From NCBI GenBank assembly GCA_963754315.1, contig CAVWFS010000007.1, positions 32,001 through 96,000 of the forward strand: a stretch of DNA of 64,000 nt, written 5' to 3'. The position numbers were made by a program, and so were the translations under genes. This DNA comes from an uncultured Candidatus Rokubacteria bacterium. Lineage in GTDB: Bacteria > Methylomirabilota > Methylomirabilia > Rokubacteriales > CSP1-6. Below are positions 37,360 to 47,172 of the stretch, in pieces; within the stretch, counting starts at the first letter, position 1; each line of letters starts with the position of its first letter. The notes under the pieces are model-generated. The model saw nothing but the letters and a program-made list of their open reading frames with translations. It did no database searches and was not told where the DNA came from.

Positions 37360-37950
37360 TCAATTCTGGCAGGGAATCTGGGGCTTGGCGGCGGGCGGTG
37401 TTCCGTCGGCGGCCTGACGCGCGTCGTCCCGTGGAAAGAACTGTGCCTTCACCCGGCCCTGAGGGCTCCCCTGCACGACACTGCGATCCTCGGACAGGTA
37501 GATGTCGATGGTGTCACCGCTGACGACGTTGTCGTCCTGCCACACGCGGGCGTTGCCCAGGAGGCGAACGAGGCGCTGGGGCTCGAAGTACTCGGCGCGC
37601 TGAGCTGTGCCCATACGGCATTCCTTGGTAACGATGCGCACGTTGCCGCTGGAGACGGTCCGGAGAATCCTGTCGCCGCGCTCGTCCAGATACACCTCCA
37701 TACGGTCCGTGTACTGGACCGAGTCATCTTGTCGGGCGACCACGTTGCCCGAGAATACGACGAGGTTCTCCTTGCCGAAGCGTTCCATCTTGTCGGCGTC
37801 AACCGTTACCGGTTGCCGTTCCTCGTTTTTCTTGGCTGCGGGACTGCCCCCTGGCGTCGGCGAGCGCGGTGCCTGCGCTGCTGCCGGCATGACGGCCAGC
37901 CCGAGACACATCAGGAGGACGACGCCTCGTGTCGAGCGCCAGAATTTCAT
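37360..37950 (-). CDS. lptA: LPS transport periplasmic protein LptA (OstA domain)
   Basis: Signal peptide; PVTVDADKME, VVFSGNVVARQ, LLGNARVWQDDNVVSGDTI; between lptC and lptB. Confidence 0.9.
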   Translation of the reverse strand: MKFWRSTRGVVLLMCLGLAVMPAAAQAPRSPTPGGSPAAKKNEERQPVTVDADKMERFGKENLVVFSGNVVARQDDSVQYTDRMEVYLDERGDRILRTVSSGNVRIVTKECRMGTAQRAEYFEPQRLVRLLGNARVWQDDNVVSGDTIDIYLSEDRSVVQGSPQGRVKAQFFPRDDARQAADGTPPAAKPQIPCQN

Positions 37951-38492
37951 GACGCCGGGCGCCGCTCGAAGGTGGCCTTCACCCGACCCGACACGGTTGT
38001 GGTCTCCTCGCTCACCCTGACCTCCAGGGCCGAGCCGGTGATCACCCCGCTCCCGTGCGTGATCCTCACCGGCGCGTCCGTCCAGACGCGCTTGTCCTTG
38101 TTGCTCCACCGCAGCACTGTCGTGTCGAGCCTGAGGCCGTCGCTCGAAGTGAGCACCACGTCGCCACGAATCTCGAGGTCGTTGCGGCCGTGGAAGAGCT
38201 CGCCCTCCGCACCCCGGATAACCCACGTCCGATCCGGTTCCTCAACCTCCACCTTGACCTCACGAAGGCTCGTACGCTCCTCCCGCTCGAACACCATGGC
38301 CTGCTTGGCGATCAGATGCCAGCGCAGCTTGCCCGATTCCTCACGGATGTTCACCTCCTTGACCGTGAGGTCCGCGGACGACGCCGGTACCGTTTCCGCA
38401 AGGGTCGCGCGGCGGTTCCTGATCAGCACCCCGGCCACCACCGCGGTGAAGACGACCACAACAACAATGATTCCTAGCGCGAGCCGTTGCAT
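37947..38492 (-). CDS. lptC: LPS export protein LptC
   Basis: N-terminal TM, GKLRWHLIAKQA, IRGDVVL, VWTDAPVRI; synteny. Confidence 0.88.
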   Translation of the reverse strand: MQRLALGIIVVVVVFTAVVAGVLIRNRRATLAETVPASSADLTVKEVNIREESGKLRWHLIAKQAMVFEREERTSLREVKVEVEEPDRTWVIRGAEGELFHGRNDLEIRGDVVLTSSDGLRLDTTVLRWSNKDKRVWTDAPVRITHGSGVITGSALEVRVSEETTTVSGRVKATFERRPAS

Positions 38493-38503
38493 TTATCGAT
38501 CCG

Positions 38504-38519
38504 TGCAATTTTGGTACCA
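38504..38519 (-). promoter_or_regulatory. sigma54 -24/-12 motif upstream of lptC-lptA-lptB-rpoN
   Basis: Minus strand TGGTAC-CAAAA-TTGCA (GG-N10-GC; consensus TGGCAC-N5-TTGCW), abutting an extended -10-like TGaTAGGCT (38527-38519). Confidence 0.65.
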
Positions 38520-38567
38520 GCCTATCACAGAGGGAAGGCTAGTCGCCCGAAAATGGTCTAGCCTCGC

Positions 38568-39539
38568 TCAGACGATCTTCGCACGCAGGATGTCGTGCAT
38601 GTGAATGATGCCATAGGGGCGATGGTCCTGGTCGACGATGACCAGGCTCGTGATGGCAAACGCTTCCATCACCTCGAGGGCCTTGGCGGCGAGCTCATCG
38701 GATGCGATGAGTTTGGGGTGTCGAGTCGCCATTTCCTGGGCCGTGAGCTCGCCGACCGGAAGGTCTTGCAGATGTAGCCGACGCAGGTCCCCGTCCGTGA
38801 TGACCCCGACGAGCCGCCCGTTGGTGTCGACCACGGTGGTCATACCAAAGCGTCGGCGGGTCATCTCCACCACGACGTCTCTCAGCTTCGTATCATTCGC
38901 GACCACCGGCACCGCCTCCCCCGTGTGCATGAGATCGGCCACGCGGAACAGAGCACGCCAACCCAAGGTTCCGCGGGGATGGAGGGCGGCGTAGTCTTCG
39001 GGACGAATCCCACGGCGCTCCAGGAGCGCCATCGCCAGCGCGTCGCCAGCGGCGAGGGCAGCCGTCGTACTCGCGGTGGGTGTCAAATTCATGGGGCATG
39101 CTTCCTCAGGCACGCTGATGTCGAGGACGACCTCACTCTGGCGCGCGAGGGGCGAAAGGGGTCTTCCGGTCAAGAGCACAATGGGTACCCCCAACCGCTT
39201 CAGCGGTGGCAAGATGGCGAGCATCTCCTCCGTCTCCCCGGAGTTGGAGAGGGCAAGGACAACATCCCCGCGCGAAACCATGCCCAGATCTCCGTGCACA
39301 CCCTCTGCAGGGTGCAAGAAATGGGCGGGTGTTCCCGTCGAGGCCAAGGTTGCCGCGATCTTGCGGCCGATGATCCCCGACTTGCCGATGCCCGTCACGA
39401 TCACGCGGCCCGCTGCGCCCTGGAGCATCGTCACCGCTCGGTCGAAGGAGTCGTCCAGCTTCCCGATGAGCCCGAGGATTCCCTCGGCCTCGAGCCGGAG
39501 GACGCGCTCCGCCGTCTGGCGGGACCGGGAGAGGCTCAT
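38568..39539 (-). CDS. kdsD: Arabinose-5-phosphate isomerase (KpsF/GutQ family, SIS + CBS)
   Basis: [41 protein letters not shown] pair. Confidence 0.95.
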   Translation of the reverse strand: MSLSRSRQTAERVLRLEAEGILGLIGKLDDSFDRAVTMLQGAAGRVIVTGIGKSGIIGRKIAATLASTGTPAHFLHPAEGVHGDLGMVSRGDVVLALSNSGETEEMLAILPPLKRLGVPIVLLTGRPLSPLARQSEVVLDISVPEEACPMNLTPTASTTAALAAGDALAMALLERRGIRPEDYAALHPRGTLGWRALFRVADLMHTGEAVPVVANDTKLRDVVVEMTRRRFGMTTVVDTNGRLVGVITDGDLRRLHLQDLPVGELTAQEMATRHPKLIASDELAAKALEVMEAFAITSLVIVDQDHRPYGIIHMHDILRAKIV

Positions 39540-40381
39540 GGGGTCACGGCCTTTCGGATGGCGAGGATCTCGTCCAGCAACCGGGGCAGGTCGTCGATAC
39601 GGAGCATGTTGGGACCATCGGAAAGGGCGCGGCCATCGGGCAACGTCCGATCCGGATCCTCGTGCATCTCCATGAAGAGGGCGTCCACGCCGAAGGCAAC
39701 CGCCGCCCGGGCGAGGGCCGGCACGTACTGGCGCTCGCCGCCCGAGCGATTGCCCGCCGCTCCCGGCAGCTGCACCGAGTGCGTGGCATCGAACACGACG
39801 GGATAGCCAAGGGCACGCATGTCGGCCAGGGCGCGCAGGTCCACCACAAGATTGTGATAGCCGAACGAGGTGCCGCGTTCGGTGAGCAGGATGCCCTCAT
39901 TGCCGGTGGACAGGATCTTCTCCACGACGTTACCCATGTCCCGGGGAGCCACGAACTGGCCCTTCTTCACGTTCACGGGTCTTCCCGTCCGCCCGGCCGC
40001 CACCACGAGGTCCGTCTGCCGGCAGAGGAAGGCCGGGATCTGCAGCACGTCGAGCACCTCGGCCGCTCGTTCGACCTCGCTCACCTGGTGAACGTCGGAG
40101 AGGACTGGTAAGCCCACTGTCTGGCGAACCTTGGCCAGGATGCGAAGGCCCTCCACGAGCCCGGGCCCACGGTAGCTGTCGATGGACGACCGGTTGGCCT
40201 TGTCGTAGGACGATTTGTAGACGAACGGCACGCGCCGCGAGGTGGCAATCCCCGCCAACCGTTCGGCGGTCATGAGCGCATGCTTCTCATTCTCGATGGC
40301 GCACGGGCCCCCGATGAGGACCAAGGGCCGGTGCCCTCCCACCCTGACCGCGCCGATCGCCACCTCGCGCGTGGGGTTCAT
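39536..40381 (-). CDS. kdsA: KDO 8-phosphate synthase
   Basis: [42 protein letters not shown]. Confidence 0.97.
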   Translation of the reverse strand: MNPTREVAIGAVRVGGHRPLVLIGGPCAIENEKHALMTAERLAGIATSRRVPFVYKSSYDKANRSSIDSYRGPGLVEGLRILAKVRQTVGLPVLSDVHQVSEVERAAEVLDVLQIPAFLCRQTDLVVAAGRTGRPVNVKKGQFVAPRDMGNVVEKILSTGNEGILLTERGTSFGYHNLVVDLRALADMRALGYPVVFDATHSVQLPGAAGNRSGGERQYVPALARAAVAFGVDALFMEMHEDPDRTLPDGRALSDGPNMLRIDDLPRLLDEILAIRKAVTP

Positions 40382-41982
40382 GCGCGGGCTTGGTGGGCGA
40401 GGGCGGCCGCCACGAATCCCGCAAAGAGCGGGTGGGGCTCCCAGGGCCGGGACCGGAATTCGGGGTGGAACTGGCCCGCCACGAAGTACGGATGCTCGGG
40501 GATCTCGATGATCTCCACGACCTGCTTCTCGGCCCAGACCCCTGACACGCGCAGACCGTTCTTCTCGAGCACTTGCAAGTAATCGTTGTTGACCTCGTAG
40601 CGATGCCGATGTCGCTCGCGGATGATGCCCTCCCCATACAGCCGGGACACGATACTGCCTTCGGCCAGCACGATGGGGTACAGGCCAAGACGCATGGTGC
40701 CGCCCTTGGCCTCGATGGTCCGCTGCTCGGGAAGCAGGTCGATGACACGGTGGGGAGCGGTCGGCTCGAACTCGGAGGAATTGGCGCCGGTCAGGTCGCA
40801 CACGTGACGGGCGAATTCGATGACCGCACATTGCATGCCGAGGCAGATTCCGAAGAACGGGATTCCCTGCTCTCGCGCGTGACGCACGGCCGCCACCTTT
40901 CCCTCGATCCCGCGGTCACCGAAGCCGCCGGGCACCAGAATGCCGTGAACCCCGTCCAGATGACGGGGGGCCCCGTCGCGCTCGACGTGCTCGGCATCGA
41001 TCCAGCTCACGTCGACGCGGGCATCGTGGGCGATGCCCCCATGGGCGAGTGCTTCGGTCAGACTCTTGTAGGAGTCTTTCAGCTCGGTGTACTTGCCCAC
41101 CACGGCGATGCGCGCTTCCCGACGCGGCGAGGTGACCCGACGGACAACGTCCTCCCAGCGACCGAGGTCGATGGGTCGTTCCGCGAGTCCGAGTAGTTTT
41201 ACCACGATGGCGTCGAGCCCTTCTCGATGGAAGACGAGCGGGACCTCGTAGATCGTGTCGACGTCCTTGGCCGTGATCACCGCATCCTCTTCGACGTCGC
41301 AGAACAGCGCGATCTTCGCCTTGATGCCCGGGGGGAGATAGCGGTCGGTGCGGCACAGGAGGATGTCGGGCTGAATTCCGATGGCCCGGAGCTCTTTCAC
41401 CGAATGCTGGGTGGCTTTCGTCTTCAGCTCGGAAGCCGCCCGCATGAAGGGCACCAGGGTGAGGTGGACATAGATGCAGTTGTCACGCCCGACGTCCTTC
41501 TTGATCTGGCGCACGGCTTCCAGAAAGGGGAGGCCCTCGATGTCACCCACCGTGCCCCCCACCTCCACGATGGCCACGTCGGCGTCGTCCCCAACCCGTC
41601 GGATGGCGGCCTTGATCTCGTCCGTGATGTGCGGGATCACTTGGACAGTCCGGCCGAGGTAGTCCCCGCGGCGTTCCTTCTCGATCACGGAGAAGTAGAC
41701 CTTGCCCGTGGTGATGTTGTGGTCCCGCGTGACGCGGGGTGAGGTGAAGCGCTCGTAGTGCCCGAGATCGAGGTCGGCCTCGCCGCCGTCGTCGGTCACG
41801 AACACCTCGCCGTGCTGGTACGGGCTCATGGTGCCGGCGTCCACGTTGATGTACGGATCCATCTTCTGCAGCGAGACCCGGAACCCGCGCGCCTCGAGAA
41901 GCGCCCCGATGGCGGCCGACGCCAGGCCCTTCCCCAGCGATGAAACGACGCCCCCTGTCACGAAGATATATTTCGGCGCCAC
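40378..41982 (-). CDS. pyrG: CTP synthase
   Basis: [47 protein letters not shown] start after a GGAGG RBS. Confidence 0.98.
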   Translation of the reverse strand: MAPKYIFVTGGVVSSLGKGLASAAIGALLEARGFRVSLQKMDPYINVDAGTMSPYQHGEVFVTDDGGEADLDLGHYERFTSPRVTRDHNITTGKVYFSVIEKERRGDYLGRTVQVIPHITDEIKAAIRRVGDDADVAIVEVGGTVGDIEGLPFLEAVRQIKKDVGRDNCIYVHLTLVPFMRAASELKTKATQHSVKELRAIGIQPDILLCRTDRYLPPGIKAKIALFCDVEEDAVITAKDVDTIYEVPLVFHREGLDAIVVKLLGLAERPIDLGRWEDVVRRVTSPRREARIAVVGKYTELKDSYKSLTEALAHGGIAHDARVDVSWIDAEHVERDGAPRHLDGVHGILVPGGFGDRGIEGKVAAVRHAREQGIPFFGICLGMQCAVIEFARHVCDLTGANSSEFEPTAPHRVIDLLPEQRTIEAKGGTMRLGLYPIVLAEGSIVSRLYGEGIIRERHRHRYEVNNDYLQVLEKNGLRVSGVWAEKQVVEIIEIPEHPYFVAGQFHPEFRSRPWEPHPLFAGFVAAALAHQARA

Positions 41983-41983
41983 G

Positions 41984-43768
41984 TCACCCCTCCTCCCTTG
42001 GCCATGGTCTCCCCTGCTCGCTCGTCTGCACATTGTCCGCTCGCCGGCGCACGTAACCTTCGGCCGCGGTGCGATCCTCGATTGTTCCGTCCAATCGGCC
42101 GTCGCGCAGTGACTCGAGGATCTGCGCCACCTCCGGGCCCCTGGCGATGCCAAGGGCGATGATCTCCTCACCCCTCAACCACGGCTCGACCCTCGCGTCG
42201 TGATCGACAAAGCGGGTGACCTCGCGCCTGACGGTGGGGTCGCCGCGCAGCCAGATCCACGCCAGTTCGACGGCCGATCGCCCGCGCAGAAGACGCGCCG
42301 CCGCGCTGCGGCTGGGCGCCCTCCGCAGTGCCTCACTGACGCTCTCCGAGCGTCCAAGCGCATGGGTGAGCCGTTCGGTCCCGTCGCCGTTGAGCCCAAG
42401 CCGTCCGAGGGCCGTACGGCTGACGTCCGGTTCCTGGTCTCCGAGCAGCGTGAGAACAAGCAGGTCCAGGGCAGAAGCCGGCACGCCGCGGTCCGATGTC
42501 CACGCGCGTACGGTATCGAGGTCCGTGAGCCGGGCCGCCGTGGCTTGCGTGTACCGATAACGGGGGTCGAGGAGACGAAAGGCCCCGACGGTCCCGAGGG
42601 TCGCGCAGGCCGTGGCGGCCCGAGGCTCGCGCAGGATCAGGTCAAGCTCGGCCAAAATACGCTGACCCGAGAGAGCCTGGTAGGGCGCCAACTCGATGGC
42701 GAGCTCAAGACAAGCGGCTGTCCACGGGTCGGGCACGAGATCGAGGCGCGCCCCGTACCGTGCGGCCCTGAAGATCCGGGTGGGATCCTCCACGAACGAG
42801 AGCGGGTGCAGCACGCGCAGGCGGCGTCGCTGCAGATCGCTCCTCCCGCCGAGGGGGTCGACGAGAAGGAAGGCGCCCGAGGAAAGCTCGGCGGCCATCG
42901 CGTTGATGGAGAAGTCCCGGCGGCGGAGGTCCTCGCCGATCCCGGCTGGCCTCACCTGAGGTAAGGCTGCCGGCACCTCGTAACGCTCGACCCGAGCGGT
43001 CGCGATGTCGATCCGTTGACCGGTCTCATCGTGGACGGAGGCGGAGAGAAAGCGTTCGTGCTCGACAAGCGTTCCGCCGATTTCAGCGGCCAGCAGGCGC
43101 GCGACCGCCAACCCATCCCCTTCCACAACCACGTCGATATCCGCCATTGGCTTCGCCCGCGCCAGCTTCCGTGCCTTCTGAGCCGCCCGGCTGATCGAGG
43201 GAGGGGCCGGGGCTTCCCGAAGGCCGGGGGCCCCTTTCGAGGTCCCCCACAGAATGTCGCGGACGACACCGCCCACGGCGAAAGCGCGGCCGCCCTGGGC
43301 CTCGGCGAGGGCACCGATGCGGACGAGCAACGCGCGCGACGGGGGAGGCAACGCCGGTGTGAGGAGGCCCCTCAGCGAGGGGCCGGCCACGGCGTTGAAG
43401 CCGGCTCGCCCCACGGCGCCATAACCGCCCGTCTCGTCGCGAACGACCACCGCAGGTGCGCCGCCCGCCAGGTGGCGGCGGACGATGATCTCACTCGCGC
43501 GAGCGGCAACGACGGGTAGTGGCCGCCCAAGGCGATGCGTCATCAGCTCCCCGAGGCCGAGAGCGACCGCCCGGCTCAGATCTTCGCGCAGCACGGAGTG
43601 TCGTAAGCCGCCGACGGGAGTAAGCACCGTCGCGTTGAGTCGCGTGGCCAACGCGTGAGCCTCCTCGACCCGCGCCCCTCCCGGCAGAGTGGCAACGCGG
43701 AGGTTGACAAGATCGCAAGCTTGCACGCGAACTGTCGGATAGGGGTGTCCGCTTCGGGCCACTGTCAT
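41984..43768 (-). CDS. cca: tRNA nucleotidyltransferase (CCA/A-adding) with degenerate N-terminal CBS-like region and an insertion in motif A
   Basis: AVGGVVRD...[44 protein letters not shown]. Confidence 0.9.
   Translation of the reverse strand: MTVARSGHPYPTVRVQACDLVNLRVATLPGGARVEEAHALATRLNATVLTPVGGLRHSVLREDLSRAVALGLGELMTHRLGRPLPVVAARASEIIVRRHLAGGAPAVVVRDETGGYGAVGRAGFNAVAGPSLRGLLTPALPPPSRALLVRIGALAEAQGGRAFAVGGVVRDILWGTSKGAPGLREAPAPPSISRAAQKARKLARAKPMADIDVVVEGDGLAVARLLAAEIGGTLVEHERFLSASVHDETGQRIDIATARVERYEVPAALPQVRPAGIGEDLRRRDFSINAMAAELSSGAFLLVDPLGGRSDLQRRRLRVLHPLSFVEDPTRIFRAARYGARLDLVPDPWTAACLELAIELAPYQALSGQRILAELDLILREPRAATACATLGTVGAFRLLDPRYRYTQATAARLTDLDTVRAWTSDRGVPASALDLLVLTLLGDQEPDVSRTALGRLGLNGDGTERLTHALGRSESVSEALRRAPSRSAAARLLRGRSAVELAWIWLRGDPTVRREVTRFVDHDARVEPWLRGEEIIALGIARGPEVAQILESLRDGRLDGTIEDRTAAEGYVRRRADNVQTSEQGRPWPREEG
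43193..43249 (-). repeat. Degenerate in-frame copy of the palindromic element inside cca
   Basis: TGGGGGACCTCGA matches the array unit at 12/13 and CCCCCGGCCTTCGGGAAGCCCCGG at 21/24; both in the same order, followed by CCCTCGATC. Confidence 0.6.
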
Positions 43769-43922
43769 CCGCTCCGGGTCCGAACCATCGCGCTGACGGC
43801 TGGCGCCATGCCGCTGAATGCTGCTGCGGACGAAGACGAAGAAGAGAAAACTCGAACCGGGCGTTCGGAGGCTGAGCGCTCGTGGGTCGTCCGGATACTG
43901 TCGAACGCAGCGAGCACGTCGG

Positions 43923-43952
43923 ATTATATCAAACGTTTCGCCGATAGAGCAA
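43923..43952 (-). promoter_or_regulatory. sigma70-type promoter upstream of cca-pyrG-kdsA-kdsD
   Basis: Minus strand TTGCTC-18nt-TATAAT; the perfect -10 directly follows the murJ stop. Confidence 0.6.
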
Positions 43953-45500
43953 GAACCGCGCGATCGTCGCGAGCTCGGGAGCACCGAGGCACCACGCGGA
44001 TCCCACGAAGGCAAGTCCCGCGAGGACGATCGTGCCGAGCAACCAGGTTGCGTCCACCACACCGGCGGGCGTGACCGGCCACAGCCAAAGCGATCCCAGG
44101 CAGACCAGAACGAGTGATGCCGAGGCCACTGCTGTTCGAGCGATGGCTCCGAGGATGCCGAGTCCCCCGATCGGGCCGAGACGGCGCCGGGCCGCCCAGA
44201 CGAGGGTCCCCAGGTTCACGTAAGAGGCCACCGCCGCCGCCGCCGCCAGGCCTGCGTGCCCGAGCGGCCCCATCAGGGCGAAGGCGGCGACGACGTTGAC
44301 TGCCACCGAGACCACACCGAGACGCACGGCGACGATCGGTTCCTGGAGAGCGTAGAAGACCTGGGCCGCGATCCGGGCCGCCGACATGCCCGCCAGCCCT
44401 AGCGCGAACCACGTCAGCGCCTCCGCCGTGGCGAAGGTGTCGGCCGTGGTGAATTGGCCGCGCTCGAACAGCACCCGGATGATCGGAGTACGTAGGATAA
44501 GCAGCCCCAGGGTGGCCGGAACGGCGATGAAGAGCGACCATCGTAGCCCGAACCCCAAGGTTGCCGCGAGCGCGCGGAGGTCACGAGCGGCCGCCTGTCT
44601 GGACATGGTGGGAAGGGCGGCCGAGGCCAGGGCGATTCCGAACACCCCCAAGGGCAATTCCATTACGCGGTCGGCATAGTAGAGAAACGAGATACTGCCC
44701 GGACGAAGCAGGGAGGCGAGCAGCGTGTTCACGAAGACGTTCACCTGCACGGAGGCCAGCCCCACCACGGCGGGCAGCAGGAGCCGTCCAACCTGGCGTA
44801 CCGCCGGATGTCCGATCTCACCCGATGGGGCGACCAGGCAACCGCAGCGGTTCAAGCTCGGCAGCTGCACGGCGAGCTGCCCGAGGCCGCCGAGGACCAC
44901 CCCGATGGCGGGGGCCACGATGGGTGGGGTCACCCGGCTGGCGAGGAGGGCGACGCACACGATGATCCCGACGTTCTGCACCGCCGGGCCCAGCGCGGGA
45001 GTGAAGAACCGAGCATGGGCGTGGAGGGTCCCCATGGCGAGGGCGCTCAGGGCCACCAGGACCAAGTAGGGAAACATCAGCCGTGTGAGCGAGGCGCTGA
45101 GCTCCGCCTGGCCTGGGTCGCGTGTGAATCCCGGCGCCATGAAGCGCACCAACTCGGGTGCTGCCGCGACGCCGAGGGCAGTGACCACGGTGAGGACGAG
45201 GATGGTGGCGCCCAGCAGAGCCCGGAGCATGCGAAGCAACTCAGCACGCGGTCGGTGGCCCGCGTACTCGGTGACCACGGGAATGACCGCGGCGGAGAGA
45301 GCACCCTCCCCGAGCAGCCGGCGCATGATGTTGGGAATGCGCAGGGCGACAAGGAAGGCATCCGTGGTGGTGCCGGCGCCGAAGACGAGGGCGATCACCA
45401 TATCGCGCGCGAAGCCCAGCGCGCGGCTGAGCAGGGTGGCGCTACCGATCGTCCCCAGCGCGCGGATGACCTGACCTTCGGGGTTCAGGGGGGTGCTCAT
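43929..45500 (-). CDS. murJ: Lipid II flippase MurJ (MviN)
   Basis: SRALGFARD, DAFLVALRIPNIMRRLLGEGALS, YYADRVMELPLGVFG, LFERGQF. Confidence 0.96.
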   Translation of the reverse strand: MSTPLNPEGQVIRALGTIGSATLLSRALGFARDMVIALVFGAGTTTDAFLVALRIPNIMRRLLGEGALSAAVIPVVTEYAGHRPRAELLRMLRALLGATILVLTVVTALGVAAAPELVRFMAPGFTRDPGQAELSASLTRLMFPYLVLVALSALAMGTLHAHARFFTPALGPAVQNVGIIVCVALLASRVTPPIVAPAIGVVLGGLGQLAVQLPSLNRCGCLVAPSGEIGHPAVRQVGRLLLPAVVGLASVQVNVFVNTLLASLLRPGSISFLYYADRVMELPLGVFGIALASAALPTMSRQAAARDLRALAATLGFGLRWSLFIAVPATLGLLILRTPIIRVLFERGQFTTADTFATAEALTWFALGLAGMSAARIAAQVFYALQEPIVAVRLGVVSVAVNVVAAFALMGPLGHAGLAAAAAVASYVNLGTLVWAARRRLGPIGGLGILGAIARTAVASASLVLVCLGSLWLWPVTPAGVVDATWLLGTIVLAGLAFVGSAWCLGAPELATIARFLLYRRNV

Positions 45501-45583
45501 CTTGTATTCGCCAGCGTGATGCGGCACCATTGGACGTCCAGTCTGCGCGTCCAGTGGGCGCGACACCGAGGGAGAATGCTCAC

Positions 45584-45841
45584 GTGGCCAACACGAAGTC
45601 GGCATCGAAGCGAATGCGGCAGAGCGAGCGCCGGCGTCTGCGGAACCGGGCCTTGCGGTCCAGGCTACGCAGCGCCGTCAAGACCGCCCGAACCAGCGCC
45701 GTCCAGGCGGGGGCGGATGCCCGCGCCGCAGTCGCCGACGCAATCCGTACGCTCGACAAGGCTGTCAGCAAGGGCGTCGTCCACCGAAACACGGCGGCCC
45801 GCAAGAAGTCCGCGCTCGCCCGCCTGGTGTCGGGACGCTAG
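45584..45841 (+). CDS. rpsT: 30S ribosomal protein S20
   Basis: ANTKSASKRMRQSERRRLRN...DKAVSKGVVHRNTAARKKSAL. Confidence 0.97.
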   Translation: MANTKSASKRMRQSERRRLRNRALRSRLRSAVKTARTSAVQAGADARAAVADAIRTLDKAVSKGVVHRNTAARKKSALARLVSGR

Positions 45842-47172
45842 CGCCTCGCCGCACTCCGCGCCTCCGCCACTTCGCCGATGAGGGTGCTGGCCGACCGGGT
45901 CAGCAGATCGCCAGCTGCTGGGCCGTACACGGTGCTGCACGTGACATAGCTGGTCCGCGGGTAGGCGGTCGTCGTCACGAAGTAGCCGAGATAGTCGTTC
46001 GAGACACCCGCCACGAACCCGCGCCCGAACGAGCGTCGTGCCTCTGCCTTGATCGCTTCGCCCAGGCTCGACTGAAGTTCCCCCGGAATGGTAACCCAGA
46101 CCGCGTCGCCCACGGACACCGCGGTCAGCTCGGCATCACGTCCCAGCACGCTTCCAAGGGGAATGGTGAGGCTTGGCGGCAGCCAACGACTTAAACAGTT
46201 GCGCAGCGAGAGAACGGGAGCCGGCAGCAGGACACGGACACCGCGGGTTGTCAGGGCGGTGATCGGGGTTTCGGTCGCTTGCCCCCACCCCGCGCGCACG
46301 CTGGCGGCGAGTTCGTGGCCCACCGCCACCATCTCCGTAGGCCCGCGCCGGCGGGGACTGACGTCGCCCACGGCGCCGTTGACGAAGAGCACCGGCACGC
46401 CGAGGTCGCGCTCGAGAACCTGGGAAGCCACCCCCATCACGTCGCCGGACAAGCGAAGGTTGAGGGCGCCCAGCATGGTGCCGTGAATGGCGTAGTTCCA
46501 CACGAGCGCGATAGGCTGTCCGCCGTCAGTACTGAACTTGAGGCCGATCATCTCGCGGTCGACCGGCAGTCCCAACCGGCCGACTGTCACATCGGGCGCC
46601 TGGCGGCTGAAGGTGCCCACGCGAGCCGGCACCCGTGATGATTCCGCGAGCAGGATCGCGCGGACAACCGCCTTCACGAGGGCGGAGCGGACCTCACCAT
46701 GGAAGCGATCAAGGGCAATGAAGGCCCACAGTGCCGAGGGGACAAAGGCACCGGGGCCCGAGTGGGTGTGGGAGGCAGAGACGATGAGCGTGACAGGTGT
46801 CAACCCGGCCGCCCGGAGTTGCTCGCTCACCGCGCGCGTGAAGCTCCGATCCACGGCCACCAGCTCGACTGTTACCCAGGCCACCCGTTGTGTCCCCTGC
46901 TCCAGGACCAGGGCTCGGGCGAACAGCGGGTCGAGCGTTCCCTCTGAAGGCTTGAACCAGAAGGCGAAAGGGTAAAGACCGAAGACGTCGGGAAAGAGCA
47001 GTCGACGTGCCGGGTTTCCATAGCCGGCGAGGGGCGTTCCGGCTGGGGGAACGAAGGCCACAGTGGCCGCGCCCGCAGTCAGGCATGTCGGGCAGGACGC
47101 TGGCCACGCGTGGGAGACGACTCCCAGCAGGAGCAGGAGAGCGCCGCTCAGGGTTCGGGTCAGCGACCACAC
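45838..47172 (-). CDS. Neutral/alkaline ceramidase-like exported hydrolase
   Basis: Signal peptide; PLAGYG, DPLFARAL, SASHTHSGPG, NYAIHGT, NGAVGDVSP, IPGE, NDYLGY. Confidence 0.8.
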   Translation of the reverse strand: MWSLTRTLSGALLLLLGVVSHAWPASCPTCLTAGAATVAFVPPAGTPLAGYGNPARRLLFPDVFGLYPFAFWFKPSEGTLDPLFARALVLEQGTQRVAWVTVELVAVDRSFTRAVSEQLRAAGLTPVTLIVSASHTHSGPGAFVPSALWAFIALDRFHGEVRSALVKAVVRAILLAESSRVPARVGTFSRQAPDVTVGRLGLPVDREMIGLKFSTDGGQPIALVWNYAIHGTMLGALNLRLSGDVMGVASQVLERDLGVPVLFVNGAVGDVSPRRRGPTEMVAVGHELAASVRAGWGQATETPITALTTRGVRVLLPAPVLSLRNCLSRWLPPSLTIPLGSVLGRDAELTAVSVGDAVWVTIPGELQSSLGEAIKAEARRSFGRGFVAGVSNDYLGYFVTTTAYPRTSYVTCSTVYGPAAGDLLTRSASTLIGEVAEARSAARR

